A DNA stretch of 33,194 bases from the NCBI GenBank assembly GCA_016927185.1, contig JAFGND010000009.1:1-33194 (forward strand). The letters are read 5' to 3'. The notes below the pieces were generated by a model. The model had not been told where the DNA came from, made no database searches, and saw nothing but the letters and a program-made list of their open reading frames with translations. The translations under genes were made by a program, and so were the position numbers. Positions 18,082-26,424 of the stretch are shown here, in pieces (the first letter of the stretch is position 1; each line of letters opens with the position of its first letter). Origin of the DNA: Candidatus Coatesbacteria bacterium (lineage in GTDB: Bacteria; JAFGND01).

Positions 18082-19516
18082 TTCTCAACATATATTTGAT
18101 TGAGGACTCTTCGCTTGATCCAATGAAATAAGCCTGTGAAGTTAATTCATCAACAATGTCTTCTTTTGCAGCTTCAAAAAGCTCATTGAATGGATCAAGA
18201 CTATGTTTCTTCAATATTCTCATCAGTATTACATCACCAAAAATCTCTTTTTTCAATTCCTCGTTCTTGTCATTATTGACAAAAGCATAGAACTCGTCCA
18301 GCATTGCCTTATCAACCTTGAAATCACCGTAACTTATTCTCTTGTCCTTAAGCTTCTTCTGAACAAATTTCCTGAAATAATCATGCTTTCTCAAATAAGC
18401 AATATACATTGGATATCTATCATCTTCAACAAGTATGTCAGGATCAATTCCTTTCTCATGAATAGAAACTCCTGAAGGAGTATAATACAAGGCTACTGTT
18501 ATTTTAAGTGCATCATCCCTGTTCAACTTGATAACATTCTGTACACTTCCTTTTCCGAAAGTCTTGGAACCTATTATAGTAGCTCTTTTATGGTCCTTGA
18601 GGGCTCCAGTGACAATTTCAGATGCTGATGCTGAACCAAGATTAACCAATACTACCATCGGCAGATCCTCGAACTCAGAACCACCTGTTGCCTTGAATAT
18701 GCGCTTCTGTGAATCCACCCTTCCCTGAGTAGATACTATAACCTTTCCCTGAGGCAGGAAAAGATTGCTTATTTCAACAGATGATATCAATAAGCCACCT
18801 GGATTATTTCTCAGATCCAGTATCAGTTTTGTCATACCTTCACTTTTAAGCTTTTTCAATGAATCAATAAGCTTGCTTGAGGTAGGTTTTTCAAACTCAG
18901 TCACTTTTACATAACCAATATCCCTTGTTACCATGAAAGATGCTGGAATGCTGTTCAATTCAATAATTGCTCTTGTAATTGTATATTCAAGTGGCTTGGG
19001 GACACCTTCCCTTATTACTGTTATTGTAACCTGGGTTCCCGGCTTACCCCTCAGTTTGCCTATTGCATCCATCTGGGTAATTCCTTGTGTTGATTCACCA
19101 TTTATCTTGCTTATTATATCTCCAGGTTTAAGTCCTATCCTTTCAGCAGGCGTTCCAACCATCGGAGTTATTATGGTAAGTACTCCATCCTTGACTGAAA
19201 TCTGTATTCCAAGACCTCCAAATGATCCGCTTGTTTCACTTGTAAGCATCTGGAATGATTGCTTGTCCAGGTAAACAGTATGCTTGTCCAGTACTTCAAG
19301 CATTCCTTTTATAGCTCCAACCATCAATGAATCCTCGTTTATTTTCTTCTGGTCATAATAATTATCCTGAACAAGTTTCAGAACCTCTGTAAAGGTACTT
19401 AATTGTTCAAAAAAGTCTTCATTATAAGCTTGCGCATACTTGGTTCCAAAACCTAATGAAAGGCTTGTGAATAAGGATGCAATCAGAAGAACGACCAAAA
19501 TAGACTTTTTGCTCAT
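18035..19516 (-). CDS. Carboxy-terminal processing protease, S41 family (PDZ)
   Basis: FGGLGI (PDZ), LILDLRNNPGG, SASASEI..GAL.D, TFGKGSVQ, YYTPSG..I...GI.PD. Confidence 0.95.
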   Translation of the reverse strand: MSKKSILVVLLIASLFTSLSLGFGTKYAQAYNEDFFEQLSTFTEVLKLVQDNYYDQKKINEDSLMVGAIKGMLEVLDKHTVYLDKQSFQMLTSETSGSFGGLGIQISVKDGVLTIITPMVGTPAERIGLKPGDIISKINGESTQGITQMDAIGKLRGKPGTQVTITVIREGVPKPLEYTITRAIIELNSIPASFMVTRDIGYVKVTEFEKPTSSKLIDSLKKLKSEGMTKLILDLRNNPGGLLISSVEISNLFLPQGKVIVSTQGRVDSQKRIFKATGGSEFEDLPMVVLVNLGSASASEIVTGALKDHKRATIIGSKTFGKGSVQNVIKLNRDDALKITVALYYTPSGVSIHEKGIDPDILVEDDRYPMYIAYLRKHDYFRKFVQKKLKDKRISYGDFKVDKAMLDEFYAFVNNDKNEELKKEIFGDVILMRILKKHSLDPFNELFEAAKEDIVDELTSQAYFIGSSEESSIKYMLRNDSAAKKAIEILEAK

Positions 19517-19524
19517 CTATATCC

Positions 19525-20532
19525 TCACTTTAATCTGGTTCCTATTGCAATTGTCTGCATCTTTGTTTCCCATTTGCCTGCCTGATCCTGGGTTTTCAGT
19601 TGTATTATATATATTCCTGCAGGTAAAAATCTTGATAGATCATCTCTTCCATCCCATGTATAAAACAGCAAACCACCACTTCTGTTCTGCATTATATTAA
19701 GCTTCTTTCTACCCTTGATGTCATATACTGCAACATTGACTTTATAAGTTGCAGGAGTTCCAATACTGATAAGGCATGTTTCCCCATTTTTCGGATTAAA
19801 AAGATTTTTCTCTGTTTTTATGAAAACTTCATAAGTGGTTCCTTCCATTTTCAGTTTTATAATATCGCTTTGCTGTCGGGGAAGAAGCTGGTATCCATCA
19901 AGATAAGGTTCTTCAGGATCATATTGTCCCCCAATGCCTGTTACTATTATCTTATCTCCCTTTCTGATGTTCTTTACATCTATGCCTGTTTCTGGATAAA
20001 TATATATCTCGAAGCTTGTCTTTCCCCATAAAGCAGTTATTGCATATCCAGTTCCTGATAATGAGGGATTAGTGCCAACTTCAACAACTTTCCAGTTCGC
20101 AATTGATCCCCTGCAATCCCCAAAAGAGAGTAGTGATCCTTCATATTTCTCTGAAAGTGAAGTGCTATATGGCATATTGAAAGGTGAAACACTATTACTC
20201 TTGCTTATCAGTTTTATGTCTTCTTCAGATGAAGGTTTTATTTCAGTCAAACCCTTGTAAAATGTTACAACTCCAGTGACTTCTATCTTGTCCCCTATAT
20301 AATAGGTTGTTGACAGTTCAGAGATGTATATGTTTACTCCTGCTGTTTCATCTTGTATATAGAAGAGAATATTTGAATTGCCTATACAGATTCCCTGTAC
20401 AGTAACAGTTTCTCCTTCCCTGTCAGGGATTCCATCATTGTTTGCATCTTTTCGTGCCTCAGCAATAGTAATAACTTCTGCATTAATGAAACTGAAGAAA
20501 ACAAGCAAGAATAAACAATTCATGAACTTCAT
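19525..20532 (-). CDS. Secreted tandem OB-fold protein with FlgD-Ig/T9SS-like C-terminal domain
   Basis: Signal peptide; VTVQG..FYIQDETAG..GDKIEVTG....Y.GLTEI; second GD.I.VTGI.GQY..YQLLPR...DI; tail FNP..VYDIKGR..WDGRD...PAGIYI. Confidence 0.75.
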   Translation of the reverse strand: MKFMNCLFLLVFFSFINAEVITIAEARKDANNDGIPDREGETVTVQGICIGNSNILFYIQDETAGVNIYISELSTTYYIGDKIEVTGVVTFYKGLTEIKPSSEEDIKLISKSNSVSPFNMPYSTSLSEKYEGSLLSFGDCRGSIANWKVVEVGTNPSLSGTGYAITALWGKTSFEIYIYPETGIDVKNIRKGDKIIVTGIGGQYDPEEPYLDGYQLLPRQQSDIIKLKMEGTTYEVFIKTEKNLFNPKNGETCLISIGTPATYKVNVAVYDIKGRKKLNIMQNRSGGLLFYTWDGRDDLSRFLPAGIYIIQLKTQDQAGKWETKMQTIAIGTRLK

Positions 20533-20628
20533 AAAGTACTTCCTCTCCTGGTTGTTTTGTTCCCTGTTGCCAATAAAGGACTAACTAGTCAAGTTATTTG
20601 TTAGCCAAATAAATGCAAACGCTTGAAG

Positions 20629-21363
20629 CTATCGATCTCTTTTCATAACCTGAATTTTCCTCCATACTGGCATTTTCTCGATTGCATATCTCAAAGCTGT
20701 TCTTGGCATAGTTTTCTTTCTGGCAAGAACGAAGGAGTAAACTTCATCTTCATAATGCTTGCCGGCTTCCTTGAGCATCCAGCCATAGCCTTTCTGAACC
20801 ATGTCCTCCCTGTCTTGAAGCAATATTTCTGCTATTTTAAAAGCTTCCTTCAGATATCTCTCTTTCTGAATGGAATATATCAATGAAACAGCTGAAGCTC
20901 TCCTGAACCATTTATTTCTGGATTTAGTCCATTCAAGCAGTACTTTTATCAACTGTTCATTTTCAAAAATCAGGAATCCAACAGGTCCGCAACAAAGCGA
21001 ATCACAATAAGCCCAGTTATCAACATATACGTTAATCCATCTTTCGAAAACCCTGATATCATCCTCTTTCAAATCATCCTTTTTTCTGTATGCCCAGTTG
21101 AAAGCAATAAAAGATTCTTCATTTGTTTTGTTTGAAAGAAGTTTCTCGCAAATATCGAAGATCTCCTCTTTGGATGCATCTTTTATCTGCCTGAAACTTG
21201 CATTGCTTATCTTGCCTATTATTTTGGATTTAAGAATTCTTGGCTGTTTTAACTTTTCCTTGAAAAATCTCTGATAATCCATTGAATCCTCTGGTTTGGT
21301 ATAAGATGCTATATCTAGCTTGATTTTATTAATAATCTCATCATGATTAATCCTGTTTCCCAT
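20629..21363 (-). CDS. DNA alkylation repair protein (AlkD-like HEAT-repeat glycosylase), copy 2
   Basis: VDNWAYCD, WFRRAS, D.EDMVQKGYGWMLKE, MPRTALRYAIEK. Confidence 0.9.
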   Translation of the reverse strand: MGNRINHDEIINKIKLDIASYTKPEDSMDYQRFFKEKLKQPRILKSKIIGKISNASFRQIKDASKEEIFDICEKLLSNKTNEESFIAFNWAYRKKDDLKEDDIRVFERWINVYVDNWAYCDSLCCGPVGFLIFENEQLIKVLLEWTKSRNKWFRRASAVSLIYSIQKERYLKEAFKIAEILLQDREDMVQKGYGWMLKEAGKHYEDEVYSFVLARKKTMPRTALRYAIEKMPVWRKIQVMKRDR

Positions 21364-21384
21364 TTCTATCCTTTCTGCTTGCGT

Positions 21385-22110
21385 TTAGTCCCTTTTCATA
21401 ACCTGTTTTTTTCTTTGTGCTGGCATTTTCTCTATTGCATATCTCAATGCTGTTCTTGGCATGATTTTCTTTCTTGCAAGTACAAACGAATAAACTTCAT
21501 CCTCATGATGCTTGCAGGCTTCCTTGAGCATCCAGCCATAACCTTTCTGAACCATATCCTCTTTGTCCTGAAGCAGAATTTCAGCTATTTCAAGAGATTC
21601 TTTGAAATATCTCTTTTTTCTTAGTGAGTAGATAAGAGTAACTGCAGAAGCTCTTCTGAACCATCTATTATCTGATGAAGCCCATCGTTTCAAATCCTTC
21701 AAGAATTCTGGAAAAGCGAAGATAAAGCAACCTAATGCTTTCGTGCATAAAACATCACATAGAGCCCAGTTATCTATGTGCTTTTCTATCCAGTTTTCAA
21801 AAGTTGCAAAATCCTCCATGGAAAGAGTTTTTCTTATTCTGTATACCCAGTCGAATGCAATGAATTTCTCTGCATTCTTGTTTGAAGAAAGCAATTCATT
21901 GCAGACCATAACAATGTTCTCCTTGCCTCTCCCTTTCACATGCTTGAAATGCTCCTGAGAAATACTCTTTATTATTGATGATCTTAAAATATAAGGTTCC
22001 TCAAGTTTGTCTTTGCAAGCCATCTGAAAATGAATGAAATTCTCCCTTGATTTATAAGAGGCAATATCCTCTCTCAGATTCATCAGAATCTTTTCCAAAT
22101 CATTATTCAT
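21385..22110 (-). CDS. DNA alkylation repair protein (AlkD-like HEAT-repeat glycosylase), copy 1
   Basis: IDNWALCD, WFRRAS, D.EDMVQKGYGWMLKE, MPRTALRYAIEK; own AAAGGAG RBS. Confidence 0.9.
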   Translation of the reverse strand: MNNDLEKILMNLREDIASYKSRENFIHFQMACKDKLEEPYILRSSIIKSISQEHFKHVKGRGKENIVMVCNELLSSNKNAEKFIAFDWVYRIRKTLSMEDFATFENWIEKHIDNWALCDVLCTKALGCFIFAFPEFLKDLKRWASSDNRWFRRASAVTLIYSLRKKRYFKESLEIAEILLQDKEDMVQKGYGWMLKEACKHHEDEVYSFVLARKKIMPRTALRYAIEKMPAQRKKQVMKRD

Positions 22111-22122
22111 ATCACTCCTTTC

Positions 22123-22158
22123 AAAAAAGACTTCACCTTTCTCGAAGATGAAGTCTTT
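22123..22158 (-). terminator. Intrinsic terminator after the GyrI-like gene
   Basis: Minus strand GACTTCATCTT-CGAGA-AAGGTGAAGTC then TTTTTT. Confidence 0.75.
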
Positions 22159-22180
22159 AAAAATTATATGATTATAAGCT

Positions 22181-22663
22181 TTATTGAATAGGCCATTGCA
22201 CCTCAGTCACTATTTTTTCTTCAGGAGTGTTGTAGCAATCTCCAATATATATCTCTCTCGGAGCTTCAGTAACAGTAAGTTCTTCTTTATTGATTATTTC
22301 AAACAGGAAATTATATGCTTCAAATATTTTATTATATGGTCCTTTATGAATGACTGAAAGAACTCTCATCACAGGTACTTCTTTTATTCCAATATTATCC
22401 TCGAATTCAGCTATTTTTTCCCCTATCGGCCACTGAACCTCGCATTTGCATTTGTCATGGCCAACCTCACTCGGATCATCATAATATACTGTTATTGGAG
22501 GATAGATTATTGTATAACCATTATCTTCTATCCATTTCTTCACTCTCTTTATCTCGTCAGCAATTCTTGGGATTCCTGAAAATACTGAATAAGCAACAAT
22601 CATTGGTTGAGAGTACTTATCTATTGGTGGAAATTTGTCCTGATAAAGTTTACTGTTTCCCAT
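22181..22663 (-). CDS. Stand-alone GyrI-like small-molecule-binding protein
   Basis: Internal duplication EVQWPI x2; YYDDP; HKGPY..I..AY; PREIY; no DNA-binding domain. Confidence 0.88.
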   Translation of the reverse strand: MGNSKLYQDKFPPIDKYSQPMIVAYSVFSGIPRIADEIKRVKKWIEDNGYTIIYPPITVYYDDPSEVGHDKCKCEVQWPIGEKIAEFEDNIGIKEVPVMRVLSVIHKGPYNKIFEAYNFLFEIINKEELTVTEAPREIYIGDCYNTPEEKIVTEVQWPIQ

Positions 22664-22909
22664 TTTTTTCCTTTCATTTCACTTTGGTTAATTTCACACT
22701 TTTATTTCCTGAACAATCTGTCAATCAAGATAAAAACCAATATACCTCCTTTCCTTTTTTATCTTCAAATACATGAATAAATGAGCAGTATTGCTTGCAT
22801 ATAAAATATTGTCTTATCAGCAATTTTTAGATATTTAATTTGAATGTTTGCATATTATTTGTTATATATTTTGTCAAGAAATTATACTAAATTTAGATTA
22901 ATTATTCAA

Positions 22910-22997
22910 GAAAGGAAAGGACAGTAACTCAAACCAAAGGAGGATTGATTGGAAAATAGACTAATCTACTTACACCATAAAGAACGCTGCCCTTTCC
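22910..22997 (-). ncRNA. Candidate ~85-90 nt structured small RNA or leader RNA (no family recognised)
   Basis: GGAAAGGGCAG (22997-22987) pairs with CUGUCCUUUCC (22924-22914), fully paired only on the minus strand (G:U); promoter directly upstream; UUUCUU after the stem. Confidence 0.4.
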
Positions 22998-23003
22998 GTT
23001 TCA

Positions 23004-23033
23004 ATTAGACCTGAAAAAAGCACTTTTTGTCAA
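23004..23033 (-). promoter_or_regulatory. Putative sigma70 promoter firing leftward
   Basis: TTGACA (23033-23028)-18 nt-TCTAAT (23009-23004); predicted start near 22997. Confidence 0.45.
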
Positions 23034-23134
23034 GCTTGATTTTTATCAGGTTTAATCTTTTCAATATAAGTTCTTTTAAGAAGCATTTTTGCTCTCTTGA
23101 CAGGATTCTATGAAATACAACTTTAGATTGAATT

Positions 23135-24484
23135 ATGACCGAACCGAGAGTAGCAATAGTAATAGTCACATGGAACAAGAAGGACTATCTTATAAACCTT
23201 CTTGAAAGCCTCAGGGAAATAGACTATCAGAATTTTTCGATTATCCTTGTAGATAATGCTTCAACTGATGGAACTGCAGAATACGTCAAGGAGCATTTCC
23301 CTGATATTACATTGCTCCTTCAGAAAGAGAATATTGGTGGAACTGGTGGTTTCAATGCAGGAATGACTTACGTTGTTAAGCAGGGAAAACATGATTATGT
23401 ATGGTTGCTTGATAATGATGTAAAAGTGGAAAAAGATGCATTAAGAAATCTTGTCTTGGCACTCGAAAACAGGCTTGATTCAGCGGTAGCTGGTTCTGTG
23501 ATAAGGAATATGGATTTCCCTGATTTTACTGTTTCAGCTGGGGGAAATCTTGATGAAAAGAACATGATCCCTGTAAACAGAGAGAGGAATTCCGTTTATA
23601 TTTCTAGTAATGGTATTATTGAAGTAGAGTATGCACCCTCATGTTCTTTCCTGACAAGAGTTAAAATAATAAAAGAAATAGGAATTTTTGATGAAAATTT
23701 CTTCTTGAATCTTGATGACATTGAATGGACAATGAGAGTAAGTTGGGCAGGTTATAAAGTATTAATAGTTAGAAATTCAGTTATATACCATCCGTCATTC
23801 TGGGAAAAGGGTACAAATCTTGTTTATATATATTATCAGAGAAGAAACAGACTTTATTTTGCTTTGAAATATATTAAAAAAGGCAATTTTAGACCAGTTT
23901 TTAGAATACTCTTAGGACTGTATTGGTTAAAGTATCAGTCAGAAGAAAAAAGAGACGGCTTATTTGCAAGTGTAGTAGAAAAAATAATAGAAGATATTAA
24001 GAGCTCAAAAATGGGAAGAATCGAAAATTATAATTTCTCACCAAGTAAACAAGTTAAACTAGTAAAATGGAATAATATCTGTGAGATTATAAAGAATAAA
24101 AAATTGCTTATTCTTCCAACAGTAAAAGGGGATGATATAAAATCCTGGTATAATAATTTGAAACAGGAAGTATCTTTAGAAAACGTGTTTCTGGGAGTGG
24201 AAAAAGACAGGAGGAAGTGCCTTTCTTCTTTTGCATTTAAATACATTGATTATGCAGAAAGTAGTTTTTTTAAAAAATTCCTTATTTCTTTTGGAAAGAT
24301 TGCTATCATTTCTCAAGAAACTGATAAATCAGAAAGCTTGTTTAATATTGGTCTTTTGCCTGTAGAAGAGGGAGTTTTGGTTTTTCAAGGAAGCAAGACA
24401 AACTGGTTAGTAACGTTTATAAAAGCGTTTTTCAAGGCATTTTCAGAAACAAGATACCTTTTAAGGAATAATCCATTTAAATAA
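23135..24484 (+). CDS. Glycosyltransferase family 2 with C-terminal extension
   Basis: IVIVTWN, VDNASTDGT, N.GGTGGFNAG, LLDND, FDE.FFL..DDIEW..R, YY..RN. Confidence 0.92.
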   Translation: MTEPRVAIVIVTWNKKDYLINLLESLREIDYQNFSIILVDNASTDGTAEYVKEHFPDITLLLQKENIGGTGGFNAGMTYVVKQGKHDYVWLLDNDVKVEKDALRNLVLALENRLDSAVAGSVIRNMDFPDFTVSAGGNLDEKNMIPVNRERNSVYISSNGIIEVEYAPSCSFLTRVKIIKEIGIFDENFFLNLDDIEWTMRVSWAGYKVLIVRNSVIYHPSFWEKGTNLVYIYYQRRNRLYFALKYIKKGNFRPVFRILLGLYWLKYQSEEKRDGLFASVVEKIIEDIKSSKMGRIENYNFSPSKQVKLVKWNNICEIIKNKKLLILPTVKGDDIKSWYNNLKQEVSLENVFLGVEKDRRKCLSSFAFKYIDYAESSFFKKFLISFGKIAIISQETDKSESLFNIGLLPVEEGVLVFQGSKTNWLVTFIKAFFKAFSETRYLLRNNPFK

Positions 24485-26424
24485 TGCATCTGCTATTCTT
24501 ACAGCTTCCCATTCCGTCACTTCAATTCGGGATTACCAGAGAAAATGTTCCCCTTGCGTCTGCCAAACTGGCTTCGTATATTAGCTCAAGATTCAGAGAT
24601 ATCAAGATATCGCTGATGGACAGGACTTTGCAGGATACTTTGTCTGATGAAGGAATGATTGAAGCAATACTCAAGCATGATCCCGATGTAATCGGTTTCA
24701 CAAGTTATCTATGGAATATTGAGAGGAGCTTGTTCATAGCTGGAAAAATCAAATCCCTGAATCCTCAGATAATAACTATATTTGGAGGTCCTGAAATAAC
24801 AAATGATAATGAATGGATTTTAAATAATCCAGCAGTTGATCTGGCAGTTATGGGTGAAGGAGAGATAGCTCTCGAAGAGATTATTGGAAAACTGTTATGC
24901 AATGACAGGGATTACTTTGAAGCAGCTCAGTACAAAGTCAGGAAAGGCATGCTTGAATTGAATTATCTTCATGATTTAAGTATGATATCATCTCCATATC
25001 TGAATAGCATACTGGAGAGAAGATATGATGATTGCATGTATCTTGAGACTCAAAGAGGTTGCCGCTTCAATTGCTCATATTGTGAATATTCCCATTTCTC
25101 TGGCAAAATCAGGTTTTTTCCGAAAAAAGAAGTTGAAATGCACATTAAGAAAGCTATAGAGAAAGGTTATAAGGAACTGTTCATACTTGATCCAACAATG
25201 AATGCAAGAAGTGATATTCATGAGTTTCTTGAAGTAATAGCATTATCTAATCAGGGAATACTTGAATTGTATGGAGAGCTGATAGCTGAGCTGCTTGACA
25301 ATAAGCAAGTTGATCTTCTTGCAAAAGCGAATTTCAAGGAACTTGAGATTGGTCTTCAGACAATAAACAAGAACTCACTGAAAGCAATCTGCAGAAGTTT
25401 CAACAAGAGAAAATTTCTAGATGGAGTCTTCAAGCTGAAAGAGGCAGGTATAAGGGCAAAGATAGATATCATAATAGGACTTCCTGAAGATGATCTTTCC
25501 TCATTCAAGGAAACATGCAATTTCATATACAAAAACGATATTTTTGATGATATCCAGTTATTCATACTCTCTGTTCTTCCTGGAACCAGACTGAGAAGGG
25601 AAGCGGGAAAATCAGGTATATCTTTTCAGGACAAGCCTCCCTATTATGTCATAGAAACTGACAGGTTTTCGCGAAGAGACATGGAAAAAGCAATTCATGT
25701 TGCGGAGGATCTTTTCGAGATGGATCTCATTACTTTGTCTGATCCAGTATTCCCTGTATCGGAAGTTTTTTCTGAAAGAAAATATATAAGCCATTTCAGG
25801 GCAGATTGCAGCATCCTGAAAGTTGAAATCCCAGATAAAGCTAATCATTTTACTGTCTTTGTTTCAGTGAAAAGCCTTCTGTCAGGTAACATCATTTCTG
25901 TAATATCTTCCCATTTTACCTGTAACCCACATATTCCTCTTCAGATATTCTTCGAGATGGATAGTGAATTGGAGATTAACGAAATAGAAAGAAAACTGGC
26001 AATTCTGCCTTTTCCTGAAAGAGGGTTTCTTGACAGGGATCTTCAGGCAATTGTTGGAGATAACTCACATCTATATCTTCAATACAAATTTCTTGTCTAT
26101 CAGGGCAGTCCGTTTGATACAGATGAAATAAGTAATCTCACAGACATTGCACCGGCTTATATGTCAGTAAGGGACAGCATTAAATCAATAGAATATCACT
26201 TGAAAAAAACTTCTTTAAAAAAGATGTCAGGGTTATGGTATGAACCTTTGGAAAAATTCGAAGACAGCTTTTCTTACATGCTTGAATCTCTTTATGAAAC
26301 TACATTATCACTGGATATCAGCCTGGATTTCAAGGATTGTATCTGGCAGATGGAATGGAATAATATAAGGGAAACAGAGTATATTTATCAACCAGTATTT
26401 ATCAATCAATGTCACAAGGAATGA
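24484..26424 (+). CDS. Cobalamin-binding radical SAM protein with long C-terminal extension
   Basis: GFTSYLWN, GGPE, GEGE, SPY, ETQRGCRFNCSYC, EIGLQT, IIGLP.D, VLPGT. Confidence 0.9.
   Translation: MHLLFLQLPIPSLQFGITRENVPLASAKLASYISSRFRDIKISLMDRTLQDTLSDEGMIEAILKHDPDVIGFTSYLWNIERSLFIAGKIKSLNPQIITIFGGPEITNDNEWILNNPAVDLAVMGEGEIALEEIIGKLLCNDRDYFEAAQYKVRKGMLELNYLHDLSMISSPYLNSILERRYDDCMYLETQRGCRFNCSYCEYSHFSGKIRFFPKKEVEMHIKKAIEKGYKELFILDPTMNARSDIHEFLEVIALSNQGILELYGELIAELLDNKQVDLLAKANFKELEIGLQTINKNSLKAICRSFNKRKFLDGVFKLKEAGIRAKIDIIIGLPEDDLSSFKETCNFIYKNDIFDDIQLFILSVLPGTRLRREAGKSGISFQDKPPYYVIETDRFSRRDMEKAIHVAEDLFEMDLITLSDPVFPVSEVFSERKYISHFRADCSILKVEIPDKANHFTVFVSVKSLLSGNIISVISSHFTCNPHIPLQIFFEMDSELEINEIERKLAILPFPERGFLDRDLQAIVGDNSHLYLQYKFLVYQGSPFDTDEISNLTDIAPAYMSVRDSIKSIEYHLKKTSLKKMSGLWYEPLEKFEDSFSYMLESLYETTLSLDISLDFKDCIWQMEWNNIRETEYIYQPVFINQCHKE

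Noticed and set aside
20629-21670. Similar 3' ends of two genes as a DGR template/variable repeat pair
   Set aside because: Both copies are coding, differences are mostly synonymous and not adenine-specific, and no RT is present
22910-22997. tRNA (e.g. tRNA-Sec) because of size and closing stem
   Set aside because: No TTCRA T-loop, cloverleaf arms or CCA end
22998-23011. GTTTCAATTAGACC resembles the start of a CRISPR repeat
   Set aside because: Single copy with no spacers; better explained as the -10 region of a leftward promoter
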